Source of the DNA: Actinomycetota bacterium | Lineage (GTDB): Bacteria > Actinomycetota > Coriobacteriia > Anaerosomatales > PHET01 | Direction of reading: 5' to 3' | DNA: 64,000 nucleotides | NCBI GenBank assembly: GCA_029265315.1 | Contig: JAJUJM010000001.1 | Span: 42,493 to 106,492, forward strand | Part shown: one piece after another, positions 9,450 to 18,440 of the stretch | Position numbering within the stretch: position 1 is the stretch's first letter | Layout: the number at the start of each line of letters is the position of its first letter | Position numbers and translations under genes: made by a program | Notes under the pieces: generated by a model | Database searches by the model: none | What the model was told of the DNA's origin: nothing | Seen by the model: only the letters and a program-made list of their open reading frames with translations

Positions 9450-10408
9450 CCGATGAGACTGGCTCGACCACCTCGGCCGCGGTCTCGATCGTGTCCGCGC
9501 GCAAGGACTACGGTCGCGCTGCTGTCGGACGACCCGAGGCGGTCTCGGACGTGTCGATCCGCGTCGAGCGCGCCACCATCCATGGGCTTCTCGGACCGAA
9601 CGGGGCCGGCAAGACCACGACGCTCAAGATGCTTCTGGGGCTCGTGCGGCCGTCAGGCGGGACCTTCACGTTGCTCGGACGCGACGCGCACGCACCCGGG
9701 GCCCGCTCGAACGTGGGTTTCCTTGCCGAACAACCTTATTTCCCGATGCAGCTCACCGCCAGTGAAGTGCTCCGACTGTACGGACGGCTGGCTCGCGTGC
9801 CACGTGATGAGCTTGCGGCGCAGATACCGAGTCTGCTTGAGCGGGTGGGGCTGGAAGGCAGGGAGAGCACGACGCTCGCACGTTTCTCTCGTGGCATGCT
9901 TCAGCGTCTCGGTCTGGCGCAGGCGCTTCTGGGGGAGCCGGAGCTCATCATCCTCGATGAACCGGCCTCGGGCCTCGATCCCGTCGGTCAGCGGGACGTG
10001 CGGAACCTCATGCTCGAGCTCAAGGCGAGCGGGACGACCGTCCTGCTCTCCTCGCACCAGCTCTCCGAAGTCGAAGCGGTGTGTGACGAGGTGACGATAC
10101 TCGATCGCGGTCGTGTCGCTGCTCGCGGTGACATCGACGACCTGCTCAATGTCGCAGGACAGACCTCGGTGCGTGCGCGCGGCTCAGGAGGGCTTCCCGA
10201 GTCCGTGCGCGCGATAGCGACCGACCTCGCGGTTGACGGAGACGTCATGATCTTCTCGATTCCCGATCAAGCCATACGGCGGGTCATCGACGACCTGGAC
10301 GATTCAGGCTTCAAGCTCGTGTCCGTCCAGCCCAAGCGCGACAGCCTTGAGGAGTACTTCGCCAGGCTGCTCGAGAACCCGGCGCCGGGAGGGGAGGTTC
10401 AGTCATGA
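9446..10408 (+). CDS. ABC transporter ATP-binding protein (ABC-2 exporter type)
   Basis: Walker A GPNGAGKTT, signature-like FSRGMLQRLGLAQAL, Walker B LIILDEPASGLD, H-loop SSHQL. Confidence 0.85.
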   Translation: MTDETGSTTSAAVSIVSARKDYGRAAVGRPEAVSDVSIRVERATIHGLLGPNGAGKTTTLKMLLGLVRPSGGTFTLLGRDAHAPGARSNVGFLAEQPYFPMQLTASEVLRLYGRLARVPRDELAAQIPSLLERVGLEGRESTTLARFSRGMLQRLGLAQALLGEPELIILDEPASGLDPVGQRDVRNLMLELKASGTTVLLSSHQLSEVEAVCDEVTILDRGRVAARGDIDDLLNVAGQTSVRARGSGGLPESVRAIATDLAVDGDVMIFSIPDQAIRRVIDDLDDSGFKLVSVQPKRDSLEEYFARLLENPAPGGEVQS

Positions 10409-11142
10409 CCGATGTCCTCCTCGCGCTTGTGACCGCGGTGACCGCCGATGCGGTACGCCGCAAGGTCGTCTGGGTCGTCGTGCTGTTCGCCGGGCTGCTG
10501 TCCTTTGTCGCACCTAGCCTGCCCAGCTACGGAGTCGGCGTCGCTTCAGCGGTATACCGCGAGGTCGCGATAGCGCTCATGTTCGTCACGGCGCTCGTGG
10601 TGACCGTGGCGCTGGCGGCGACCCGCATACCGTCAGAGATCGAGCGTCGCACCGTCTTCAACGTGCTCGCCCGAGACGTGCGCAGGTGGCACTACCTCGT
10701 CGCCACGTGGTCGGGGCTCGTGGTGGTCGTCGGCGTGGCGCTGCTCGCCTTCACGGTCGTCGCCATGGTGGTGGGCGGCGTCGTCTATCGTGAGCTGATG
10801 TGGAGACTGTTTCAGGCGGCCTTCGCGGTGTGGCTGGAGATGGGCGTGATCGCCGCAGTCACCGTCGGACTTTCCAGCGCCTTCGGCCCGGTCACCAATA
10901 CCGTCGGGGCACTGACATTCGTGTTCATCGGACACTCGATATCCGGACTTCTGGCGCCTCCGTCGGAGCATTCCGCGCCGCGATGGGTGCCGTCGCTTGA
11001 GGCGTTCAACGTCATCGCCCCTGTCGCCCACGGGTCGGGGTACGGCGTGGGCTACGCGCTGAGCATGCTCGGTCTCTTCATCGCGCTCAGCGGGCTTGCC
11101 CTCGTCGGCGCGAGTGCGCTACTGGAGCGAAGGGACCTGTGA
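10405..11142 (+). CDS. ABC-2-type transporter permease
   Basis: 245 aa and hydrophobic with about 6 predicted helices. The start overlaps the stop of the ATPase gene. Confidence 0.6.
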   Translation: MTDVLLALVTAVTADAVRRKVVWVVVLFAGLLSFVAPSLPSYGVGVASAVYREVAIALMFVTALVVTVALAATRIPSEIERRTVFNVLARDVRRWHYLVATWSGLVVVVGVALLAFTVVAMVVGGVVYRELMWRLFQAAFAVWLEMGVIAAVTVGLSSAFGPVTNTVGALTFVFIGHSISGLLAPPSEHSAPRWVPSLEAFNVIAPVAHGSGYGVGYALSMLGLFIALSGLALVGASALLERRDL

Positions 11143-11143
11143 G

Positions 11144-11821
11144 ATGGGCGTCTCCGTGCGCATGACGCGACCGGTGCTGACAGGGCTGTTCGCGCTGCTG
11201 CTCGTCGCTTCGCTCGCATTGGGCGCGGTGAGCGCCCCGTCCGCGTCGTCTGCGACCGGAACCGTCGTCGGGCAGACCGGGTTCGCTTACCTGGGGGGGT
11301 TGCGCAGGTTCGCGGCTGCGGTGCTGTGGAACCGGCTCGAGCCGGTGTTCCATGCGTACTACGCGGGAGTCCCCCTCGCTGAACAGACGTACATGATGCC
11401 CACGCTTCATGCGGTCATCCGCTTGGACCCACAGTTCCAGCAGGCGTACTACGTGGCCTCGTGGATCGCCTACACCCGCGTGAGCAAGGAACAGGGTCTG
11501 GCCATCGCACGTGATGGGCTGGCCGCCAACCCGCGATCGGGACTCATGCACAGCAACCTGCTGCAGCTGTTGTTCTTGCAGGATGCATCGAAGAACGCTC
11601 CTGAGATCGGCAGACTGATAGATGCCGTCACCGGCGGCTCGCTTGAGTGGGTGGACCGCGAGGAACGGTTCGAAGGACTGGCGACCGCGCGAGACGCCTT
11701 GCGTGCGATGGGTCAGATCGAGCGGGCGCAGCGCATCGAGGCCGTGCTCGCACGGATGCGCGAGGCGGGCATCGGGCTCGGGGACCATGACCACGATGGT
11801 GACGGGAAGCAGGACCACTAG
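11144..11821 (+). CDS. secreted/anchored hypothetical protein, helical-repeat-like
   Basis: ATG 11144 gives MGVSVRMTRPVLTGLFALLLVASLALGAVSA, a signal or anchor sequence. The remainder is helical and ends in a His/Asp-rich tail (GDHDHDGDGKQDH). No family was recognised. Confidence 0.5.
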   Translation: MGVSVRMTRPVLTGLFALLLVASLALGAVSAPSASSATGTVVGQTGFAYLGGLRRFAAAVLWNRLEPVFHAYYAGVPLAEQTYMMPTLHAVIRLDPQFQQAYYVASWIAYTRVSKEQGLAIARDGLAANPRSGLMHSNLLQLLFLQDASKNAPEIGRLIDAVTGGSLEWVDREERFEGLATARDALRAMGQIERAQRIEAVLARMREAGIGLGDHDHDGDGKQDH

Positions 11822-12310
11822 ATGCTCTCTCCCGACCTGTATCATCGCAGCGTGCTCGACATCGACCTCGATGAGCTGAGCGCCCGCGGCGTAGACACGC
11901 TGCTCGTGGACTTGGACAACACGCTCCTGCCGCGTGACACGAGTGTCGTCCCGGACGAGTTGCGCGAGTGGGCCGCTCAGTTGGCCGACCGTGGGTTCCG
12001 GGTGTGCCTCGTCTCGAACAACTGGCACGAGCGGGTGCACGCGGTGGCAAGCGAACTGGGTGCGGACCTCGTGGCCAAGGCGCTCAAGCCATTGCCTTTC
12101 GCTTTCCTTCGCGGTCTGCGCCGCGTGGGTTCTGATCGCTCACGGGCCGCGGTCATCGGTGACCAGGTCTTCACAGACGTGCTCGGAGGCAAGCTGCTCG
12201 GCATGCTGACGGTGCTCGTCGTGCCGCTTTCGCGATCCGATCTGCCGCACACACTGTTGCTCAGGCGGATCGAACGCCTTCTGCTGGCAGACAGGCAGCC
12301 GGTGCCCTAG
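11822..12310 (+). CDS. YqeG-family HAD-IIIA phosphatase
   Basis: 162 aa with DLDNTLL (HAD motif I), VSNN (motif II) and GDQVFTD (motif IV). The yqeG-aroE adjacency matches Bacillus. Confidence 0.8.
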   Translation: MLSPDLYHRSVLDIDLDELSARGVDTLLVDLDNTLLPRDTSVVPDELREWAAQLADRGFRVCLVSNNWHERVHAVASELGADLVAKALKPLPFAFLRGLRRVGSDRSRAAVIGDQVFTDVLGGKLLGMLTVLVVPLSRSDLPHTLLLRRIERLLLADRQPVP

Positions 12311-12348
12311 ACTCGCACTGGGACTGGTCTCTTCGCGTTGACGTTAGG

Positions 12349-13251
12349 ATGCGAATGATCACCATCGACGGATCCACGAAGATCGCTGGCGTCGTAGGGC
12401 GGCCGCTCGCGCACTCCCTGTCGCCGGCGATGCATAACGCGGTCTACGAGCGACTGGGCCTCAATTGGGTGTACCTGCCGTTCGAGTTCAGTGACGAGAT
12501 CGGTTTGAGGAGATTCATGGCCCTGGTGCCGTCGCTCCGATGTGTGGGCTTCAATGTGACCATGCCGTTCAAGCAGGCGGCACTCGAACTCTGCGACGAA
12601 GTCGCCATGGCGGCGAACATGGCCGGGGCGGTCAACACGGTGCACGTCGTTGACGGTCGTTTGGTCGGCTACAACACCGATGGGCGAGGGCTGCTGGAGA
12701 CTCTGGAGAACGAGGCGGGGTTCGCACCTGCCGGCAAGCGAGTCGTCATCCTGGGTGCCGGCGGGGCCGCAGGAGCTGCGTTTGTGGCGTTCCTGCTCGG
12801 AAAAGCCGAGTCCATCGTCATCGTGAACCGCGACATGGACCGGGCCGACGAGCTTCTCGACCGCATGCGCGGACATCTGGGCGCGACCACGGCGGCCGCG
12901 ATCTCGGTGATGGCGGCCGAGGAGCAGGTCAGAGCGGCGCACCTGATCGTCAACGCCACTCCTCTGGGCATGAACCCCGGCGAACCGAGTCCCATCCCGG
13001 TCGACTGGTTGGGGCCGGGGCAGGTCGTCTACGACATGGTGTACGGGACGGCGGAGCCCACGGCTCTCGTCGCAGGCGCACGCGCACGAGGGGCCGTGGC
13101 CTTCGATGGGCTCGGCATGTTGGTGTGCCAAGGGGCCACCGCGGTCGACATCTGGAACGACAGCAAGCAGATCCGAACACCGCGTGACGTGATGCGAGCC
13201 GCAGCAGAGGCGGCGTTGTCCGCCCGGCGCGCCCAGGGGGGTGAGCGATGA
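12349..13251 (+). CDS. aroE: shikimate 5-dehydrogenase
   Basis: 300 aa with GVVGRPLAHSLSPAMHNA, NVTMPFK and the GAGGAA dinucleotide fold. An alternative ATG lies at 12355. Confidence 0.9.
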   Translation: MRMITIDGSTKIAGVVGRPLAHSLSPAMHNAVYERLGLNWVYLPFEFSDEIGLRRFMALVPSLRCVGFNVTMPFKQAALELCDEVAMAANMAGAVNTVHVVDGRLVGYNTDGRGLLETLENEAGFAPAGKRVVILGAGGAAGAAFVAFLLGKAESIVIVNRDMDRADELLDRMRGHLGATTAAAISVMAAEEQVRAAHLIVNATPLGMNPGEPSPIPVDWLGPGQVVYDMVYGTAEPTALVAGARARGAVAFDGLGMLVCQGATAVDIWNDSKQIRTPRDVMRAAAEAALSARRAQGGER

Positions 13252-14921
13252 GCGCGCAGGCCACCGCACAGAGGCTCGGCAGGATGCTCGTGCGCGCGGG
13301 CGTGATCACGGAAGAGCAGCTCGCCGAAGCCTCCCAGCAGAGCGCCGGACGCTCGCTCGTCGCCACGCTCGATGAGCTGGGGTACGCGAACGAGACGAGG
13401 GTCGCCCAAGCGGTGGCCGAGCAGATGGGCCTCGCGTTCATCGACATAGGCTCGTATGACATCGACCCGAATGCGGCGATGCTCGTCTCAGGCGACCTGT
13501 TGCGTAAGTACACCGTTCTCCCGGTACGTCTCGAAGACGATGCGCTCATGGTCGCGATGGCCGATCCGGCGAACATCTTCGCCATTGACGACCTGCGCAT
13601 CGTGACTCGCAAGGAGATACGGCCCGTCGTCGCGGCCGAAGGTGAGCTCACGGCTGCCATCGAACGGTTCATGACGAACCAGACGAACGTGGACGACATG
13701 CTCGGCGACCTTGAGGACAGCGTCGGCACGATCGAGCGCGAAGAAGAGGTCGATGAGAGCGAGGAGTCCGCGGTCGCCAAGCTCATGAACCAGATCGTGA
13801 CCGACGCCATCCGCCAGGGGGCCGGCGACGTCTACATCGAGCCACACGAGAACCAGTTGCGTGTCCGGTACCGCATCGACGGCGTGTGCCGCGAGGTCTT
13901 CACCGCGCCCAAGTCCATGCACCGGCAGCTCATCAGCCGCCTCAAGATCAACTCGAACATGGACATCGCCGAGCGACGGGTGCCGTTGGACGGGCGGTTC
14001 GGTGTCGTGTTGGACGGCAAGGCGGTCGACTTCCGCGTCGCGACGCTGCCGCTGGTCCACGGCGAGTTGGCTGTCCTGAGACTTCTGCGGCGGGACTCCA
14101 TCATGCTGTCTTTGAAGGACCTGGGCTTCGGCGAGCACAACATGGAACGATTGCTCAACGCGCTCTCGCTGCCGTACGGCGCGATCCTGGTCACCGGTCC
14201 GACGGGCTCGGGTAAGTCGACGACGCTGTACGCGGCGATCAACGAGACGAACGACCCCAAGACGAACCTCATCACCGTCGAGGACCCCGTTGAGTACCGG
14301 CTGGCCGGCCTGTCACAGGTCCACGTGAACGAGAAGGCCGGCCTGAGTTTCGCCGCGGCCCTCAGGTCGATCCTGAGGCAGGACCCCGACAAGGTGATGA
14401 TCGGTGAGATCCGTGACCGCGAGACGGGCACCATCGCCATCGAGGCCGCGCTGACGGGGCACCTCGTCCTCTCGACGCTTCACACCAACGATGCGCCGTC
14501 CGCGATCACCCGTCTGACCGAGATGGGCATCGAGCCGTTCCTCACAGCGTCGGCGGTCACGCTCGTCGTCGCGCAGCGTCTTGCGCGTCGCCTGTGCACG
14601 GAGTGCAAGGAACAGTACACCCCTGAAGAAGTCGCACTCGAACGCATCGGGTTCCCGTTCGAGCCGGGCAATCCCCCGAAGCTTTACCGGGCCCGTGGCT
14701 GCAAGAAGTGCAACGGTATAGGCTACAAGGGCCGCATGGGCGTGCACGAAGTGATGTCGATGTCTGAGAACCTCGAGCGGCTCACGGTCGAGAACGCGTC
14801 GGCTGACGAGATCAAGCGTCAGGCCATCTCTGAAGGCATGCTCACGCTGCGCGACGACGGGTTCTCGAAGGTGTTGCAGGGGCTCACGTCGATCGAGGAG
14901 ATCCTGCGAGTCGTCGTGTGA
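13248..14921 (+). CDS. pilB: type IV pilus assembly ATPase, PilB/GspE family (paralog 1)
   Basis: 557 aa with an N-terminal T2SSE_N-type domain, Walker A GPTGSGKSTT, Asp/His boxes, Walker B MIGEIRD, and tetracysteine CTEC...CKKC. ATG 13248 overlaps the aroE stop (ATGA). Confidence 0.9.
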   Translation: MSAQATAQRLGRMLVRAGVITEEQLAEASQQSAGRSLVATLDELGYANETRVAQAVAEQMGLAFIDIGSYDIDPNAAMLVSGDLLRKYTVLPVRLEDDALMVAMADPANIFAIDDLRIVTRKEIRPVVAAEGELTAAIERFMTNQTNVDDMLGDLEDSVGTIEREEEVDESEESAVAKLMNQIVTDAIRQGAGDVYIEPHENQLRVRYRIDGVCREVFTAPKSMHRQLISRLKINSNMDIAERRVPLDGRFGVVLDGKAVDFRVATLPLVHGELAVLRLLRRDSIMLSLKDLGFGEHNMERLLNALSLPYGAILVTGPTGSGKSTTLYAAINETNDPKTNLITVEDPVEYRLAGLSQVHVNEKAGLSFAAALRSILRQDPDKVMIGEIRDRETGTIAIEAALTGHLVLSTLHTNDAPSAITRLTEMGIEPFLTASAVTLVVAQRLARRLCTECKEQYTPEEVALERIGFPFEPGNPPKLYRARGCKKCNGIGYKGRMGVHEVMSMSENLERLTVENASADEIKRQAISEGMLTLRDDGFSKVLQGLTSIEEILRVVV

Positions 14922-15091
14922 TGTCGCTCACATGCGACCCACGCGTCTTGGCCACCACATAACCGCAGGTCGGTTGTAGCGACACCTCCTTCGTGAGAAC
15001 ATGGGTTCGCTCGCCGTCAGGCGGGCTTGGCATCGCGCGCCCAGGCGCGTGGTCGCATTTCTCGACAGCAGGTGGGAGGTGCTGTGGCGCC

Positions 15092-15712
15092 GTGGCAGAT
15101 AACGCATTCGGCGATTTCTTCCTGAGCGACGTCGATGATGAGTTGCTCGAGGAGGATGACGATCTCATAGCCGCACCCGTCGTGGTGCCGGTACCTCAGG
15201 CCGCCGAGCCAGCGGCGCCCGTGGCGCCACCCGTCGCGGTCCCTCAGGCGCCGGCGCCCGCCCAGGTCGCTCCATCACAGACTCCGGCCGCCGCGCCCGT
15301 GGCTTCCGCACCGGCTCCGCGGCCCGCTGCGCAGGCGCGCCAAGCGTCCAGAGAGGAACGGCTCGCTGCCGCGTTGAACGAACTCATGCAGGAGAGTCAG
15401 GAGATCCAAGCGGCGGCACTCGTCTCCCTCGACGGCTTCACGATGGCCTCAGCGCTTCCTGAGGGGATGCAGGAGGACCGTGTGGGAGCGATGTCGGCCG
15501 CGATCCTCGGCCTGGGCGAGCGTGCCGCAGCCGAACTCGGTCGCGGCTCTCTCTCGCAGGTGTTCATCGAGGGGGAGGGCGGGTACGTCCTTCTCATAGC
15601 GGCCGGCGAGCGAGCGGTTCTGACCTGCCTTGCGGACAGCGACGCGAAGTTGGGGCTCGTGTTGTATGACATGCGTGCGGCCGCGGAGGCGATCGCGGCC
15701 ATTCTCGGATAG
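15092..15712 (+). CDS. Roadblock/LC7 (MglB/CvnB-like) domain protein with acidic and Pro/Ala-rich N-terminal extension
   Basis: GTG 15092 is preceded by GGTGGGAGGTG (15071-15081). The C-terminal ~105 aa (IQAAALVSLDGFTMASALPEG...AAILGLGERAAAELGRGSLSQVFIEGEGGYVLLIAAGERAVLTCLADSDAKLGLVLYDM) follow the Roadblock/LC7 pattern. The start is uncertain because the ORF is open from 14993. Confidence 0.75.
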   Translation: MADNAFGDFFLSDVDDELLEEDDDLIAAPVVVPVPQAAEPAAPVAPPVAVPQAPAPAQVAPSQTPAAAPVASAPAPRPAAQARQASREERLAAALNELMQESQEIQAAALVSLDGFTMASALPEGMQEDRVGAMSAAILGLGERAAAELGRGSLSQVFIEGEGGYVLLIAAGERAVLTCLADSDAKLGLVLYDMRAAAEAIAAILG

Positions 15713-15767
15713 TCGATGACCGGTTCGGCCCTCACGGCCTGAAGAAAGAACGGATGCGGGACGCTCG

Positions 15768-17897
15768 ATGGCGCTGCGCGGCAACCTCAGAGACTTCAGT
15801 CTGCCGGACGTCTTCCAGCTGGTGACGTTCAGTCGCAAGACGGGCGTGCTTCGCATCGAGCGGGAAGACGGCGCGGTCGGCAGCGTGTGGTTCAGGGACG
15901 GCGAGGTCTTCTTCGCCAGCTCGAACTGGCATGCGGAGCCGCTCGGCGAACGGCTCGTGAAGGCGCATCGGATAACCCCTCAGGCCCTCAAGCGAGGCTT
16001 GGAGCTGCGCGCCGCCGAGCCGCCGGACGGCCGTCGCCTGGGTCAGATCCTCATCGACGAGGGCTACATCACGGAGGCGGTGCTGGAGACCTTCGTGTCC
16101 GAGCAGATCCAGGACACGATCTTCGACCTCATGAGGTGGGAAGAGGGCGAGTTCGACTTCGAGCCCATGCCTCAGGTCGTCGAGGAGGACATCGGGCTCA
16201 CGGTCTCCATCGAGAACGTGGTGATGGAGGGTTCGCGGCGCCTCGAGGAGTGGGGACGGATCAAGAAGAAGATCCCGTCCACGGACGTGGTTTTCAAGAT
16301 GGCCACCGCTCCGGGGGAGGGGACCTTCGAGATCTCCCTCAAACCCACTGAATGGCAGCTGCTGCTGCTTGTGGACGCCACTCGTTCCGTGGCCGACCTC
16401 GCCCGCGCCACCGGGCGAACGGACTTCGAGGTCGCACGGGTGCTGTACGGCCTGTTCTCCGCAGGCCTGCTCGAGTTCGCCACAGAAGAGGAGATCGAAC
16501 GCAACCGCGCGGAACGGGCGGAGCGCGAAGCCAAGCTCGCAGAGATCGAGGAGGCGAGACGCCGCGCACTTGAGGCCGAGCAGCAGGCGGCTCTGGAGCG
16601 CGAGGCCAGACTGGCCGCTCAAGCTCAGAAGCGGATCGAGGCGGACACCGCTCAAGCCCAGGCATCGGCGCCGGCCGGGACAGCGGTGCCGTCGATGCCG
16701 AGTGAGCCTGCTGAGGTGCCGGAGTTCCTGGGGGTCGCTGCGGCGGCGCCCAGCGCCGAGGATGAAGCGGTGCTCGAACAGTTCATGGGCGCCGTCCTCC
16801 AAGCGCCTCCCGCGCCCGTGGTGGAAGACGTTCCGGAGCCGACGAAGGCCCCATACGTGCCGGTTGAAGAGCCCGCCTTCATCAGCGCAGAGCACGCGGA
16901 GGACACCGAGATCCCGCTGGTCCCGGTTCCGTCAGTGGAGGACCTTCTGCCCGGCCTTCAGATCAGTGCTGCTCCTGACGAGATCGACGCGATCGCGGCG
17001 TCGTTCGAGACGGAGACCCACCCCGCCGAAGCGACTGAGCTGCCTTCCGAGTCCTTGACCGAACTCGAAGTCGGGGCCGGAGCCGAAGTCGGGGCCGGAG
17101 CCGAAGTCGGGGCCGGAGCCGAAGTCGGGGCCGAGCCGGTCGCCACGTCCGAGCCGGAGGCGTCTCCTGCCACCGAACTCGGCTTGGAAACCGGGCCGTC
17201 ACTCGAGGTGACGTCGCCAGCGGTCGCACCGCCGGAAGAAGGCGCCGAACGCGACTTCGAGAAGGAGTTGCTCGCCTTGGGTCTGGGTGAGATGCCGACC
17301 GACCTCCTCGAGCCGCTTCAGCCTGCCCCGGCGCCCGTGGAACCGCCGCTCCCGGAGCCGGTGGAGCCGATGAGCGAACTTGCTTCGGATTGGACAGAGC
17401 TTGAGGTTGCGTCACAGGCCGCACCGCTTGCTGGGCAAGAGCAGGACCTCGGGAGCCTGGTCGACCTCGAGCTACCGGGCGGCGCCGTGCCCACACCGGA
17501 ACCCATCGCAGAAGCTGAGCGGGCCGCCATCACCGAAGGAGAGCCGGACTTCAGCGCGCTGCTCGAGTCCCTGGACGTGGACGCTGAGAGCGCCGAGACG
17601 CCGTCGGTCGTCGACGCGGGCTTCGACGAAGAGCTGCTCCGCGACGAGGAGCCGGCTGCCACTGGCGGCGTCATCTCGACTGATGCATTCCTGGAAGACA
17701 TCGGTATGGACGACCTCGGCCTCTCGGGAGGGCTCACCGACGAGTTGTCGGCGTTGACCGGGGCGCAGCGCCGCCAGCCCGCGCGCCCGCAGGCGAGCGT
17801 CAACGCCATTCCCGAGGCAGGGGGCGCCATCCAGCGGGATGCGCGCGTCGACAAGGACACCGTTCTCAAGATCATCGAGGGCATCAAGGGCCTGTAA
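15768..17897 (+). CDS. DUF4388/PATAN-domain protein with MshEN-like motifs, winged-helix-like segment and long acidic low-complexity C-terminus
   Basis: 709 aa. The N-terminus LRGNLRDFSLPDVFQLVTFSRKTGVLRIE...GSVWFRDGEVFFA is the DUF4388 signature. Residues 58-113 carry two RLGxxLVxxG...L...L..Q-type motifs. Residues ~195-240 (EWQLLLLVDATRSVADLARATGRTDFEVARVLYGLFSAGLL) look like a DUF742/wHTH segment. The rest is E/P/A-rich and includes EVGAGA repeats. Confidence 0.75.
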   Translation: MALRGNLRDFSLPDVFQLVTFSRKTGVLRIEREDGAVGSVWFRDGEVFFASSNWHAEPLGERLVKAHRITPQALKRGLELRAAEPPDGRRLGQILIDEGYITEAVLETFVSEQIQDTIFDLMRWEEGEFDFEPMPQVVEEDIGLTVSIENVVMEGSRRLEEWGRIKKKIPSTDVVFKMATAPGEGTFEISLKPTEWQLLLLVDATRSVADLARATGRTDFEVARVLYGLFSAGLLEFATEEEIERNRAERAEREAKLAEIEEARRRALEAEQQAALEREARLAAQAQKRIEADTAQAQASAPAGTAVPSMPSEPAEVPEFLGVAAAAPSAEDEAVLEQFMGAVLQAPPAPVVEDVPEPTKAPYVPVEEPAFISAEHAEDTEIPLVPVPSVEDLLPGLQISAAPDEIDAIAASFETETHPAEATELPSESLTELEVGAGAEVGAGAEVGAGAEVGAEPVATSEPEASPATELGLETGPSLEVTSPAVAPPEEGAERDFEKELLALGLGEMPTDLLEPLQPAPAPVEPPLPEPVEPMSELASDWTELEVASQAAPLAGQEQDLGSLVDLELPGGAVPTPEPIAEAERAAITEGEPDFSALLESLDVDAESAETPSVVDAGFDEELLRDEEPAATGGVISTDAFLEDIGMDDLGLSGGLTDELSALTGAQRRQPARPQASVNAIPEAGGAIQRDARVDKDTVLKIIEGIKGL
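17067..17135 (+). repeat. perfect 18-bp tandem repeat (GAAGTCGGGGCCGGAGCC x3 plus partial 4th) inside the DUF4388 gene
   Basis: Read directly from the sequence. Units are at 17067-17084, 17085-17102 and 17103-17120, with a partial unit to ~17135. They are in frame and encode EVGAGA repeats. Confidence 0.9.
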
Positions 17898-17912
17898 GAG
17901 GAGTCGCGAACC

Positions 17913-18440
17913 ATGCAGTCGGTCAAAGTCGTGGTCACCGGGCCGTTCAACGCCGGCAAGACCACCTTCATCAAGGCGGTCAGTGAGATAACCGTGCTGT
18001 CGACGGAGCGCCAGGTGAGCGACATCTCCGGTGAGGGCGGGGGAGAGACCACCGTCGCCATGGACTTCGGACGCATCACCGTGTCTGACGATGTGGTCCT
18101 CTACCTGTTCGGAACACCCGGACAGGCGCGCTTCTCCTTCATGTGGGAGACGCTCTCAGAAGGGATGCTCGGTTTCGTCCTGCTCGTGGACGCGACCGAG
18201 CCTCAGACCTTCGCGGATGCCAAAGAGATGATCGACTTCTTCACCAACATGTCCGACGTGCCCTTCGTGGTTGCCGCCAACAAGGTCGACGCGGACGACA
18301 CCGACACGATTCGGGCGGTGCGCACCGAGCTGGAGTTGGCCGATCGCATCCCGCTGCTTCCGGTCGACGCGCGGAAGAAGGACTCGGTGAAGGCGGTCCT
18401 GCTCGGTCTGCTCTATGAGATCCTCGAAAGCATGGAGTGA
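17913..18440 (+). CDS. small Ras-like GTPase, MglA/CvnD (COG2229-type ATP/GTP-binding protein) family
   Basis: 175 aa with G1 GPFNAGKT, G2 Thr in GETTVAMDFG, G3 LFGTPGQ (Gly replaces the canonical Asp), G4 ANKVD, G5-like VDARKK. AAGAGGAG lies upstream of ATG 17913. Confidence 0.85.
   Translation: MQSVKVVVTGPFNAGKTTFIKAVSEITVLSTERQVSDISGEGGGETTVAMDFGRITVSDDVVLYLFGTPGQARFSFMWETLSEGMLGFVLLVDATEPQTFADAKEMIDFFTNMSDVPFVVAANKVDADDTDTIRAVRTELELADRIPLLPVDARKKDSVKAVLLGLLYEILESME

Noticed and set aside
17067-17135. Regular short repeats (here and at 40443-40512) as a possible CRISPR array.
   Set aside because: The units are contiguous with no spacers, are 18 and 21 bp long, and lie in frame inside coding sequences. 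No cas genes are present.
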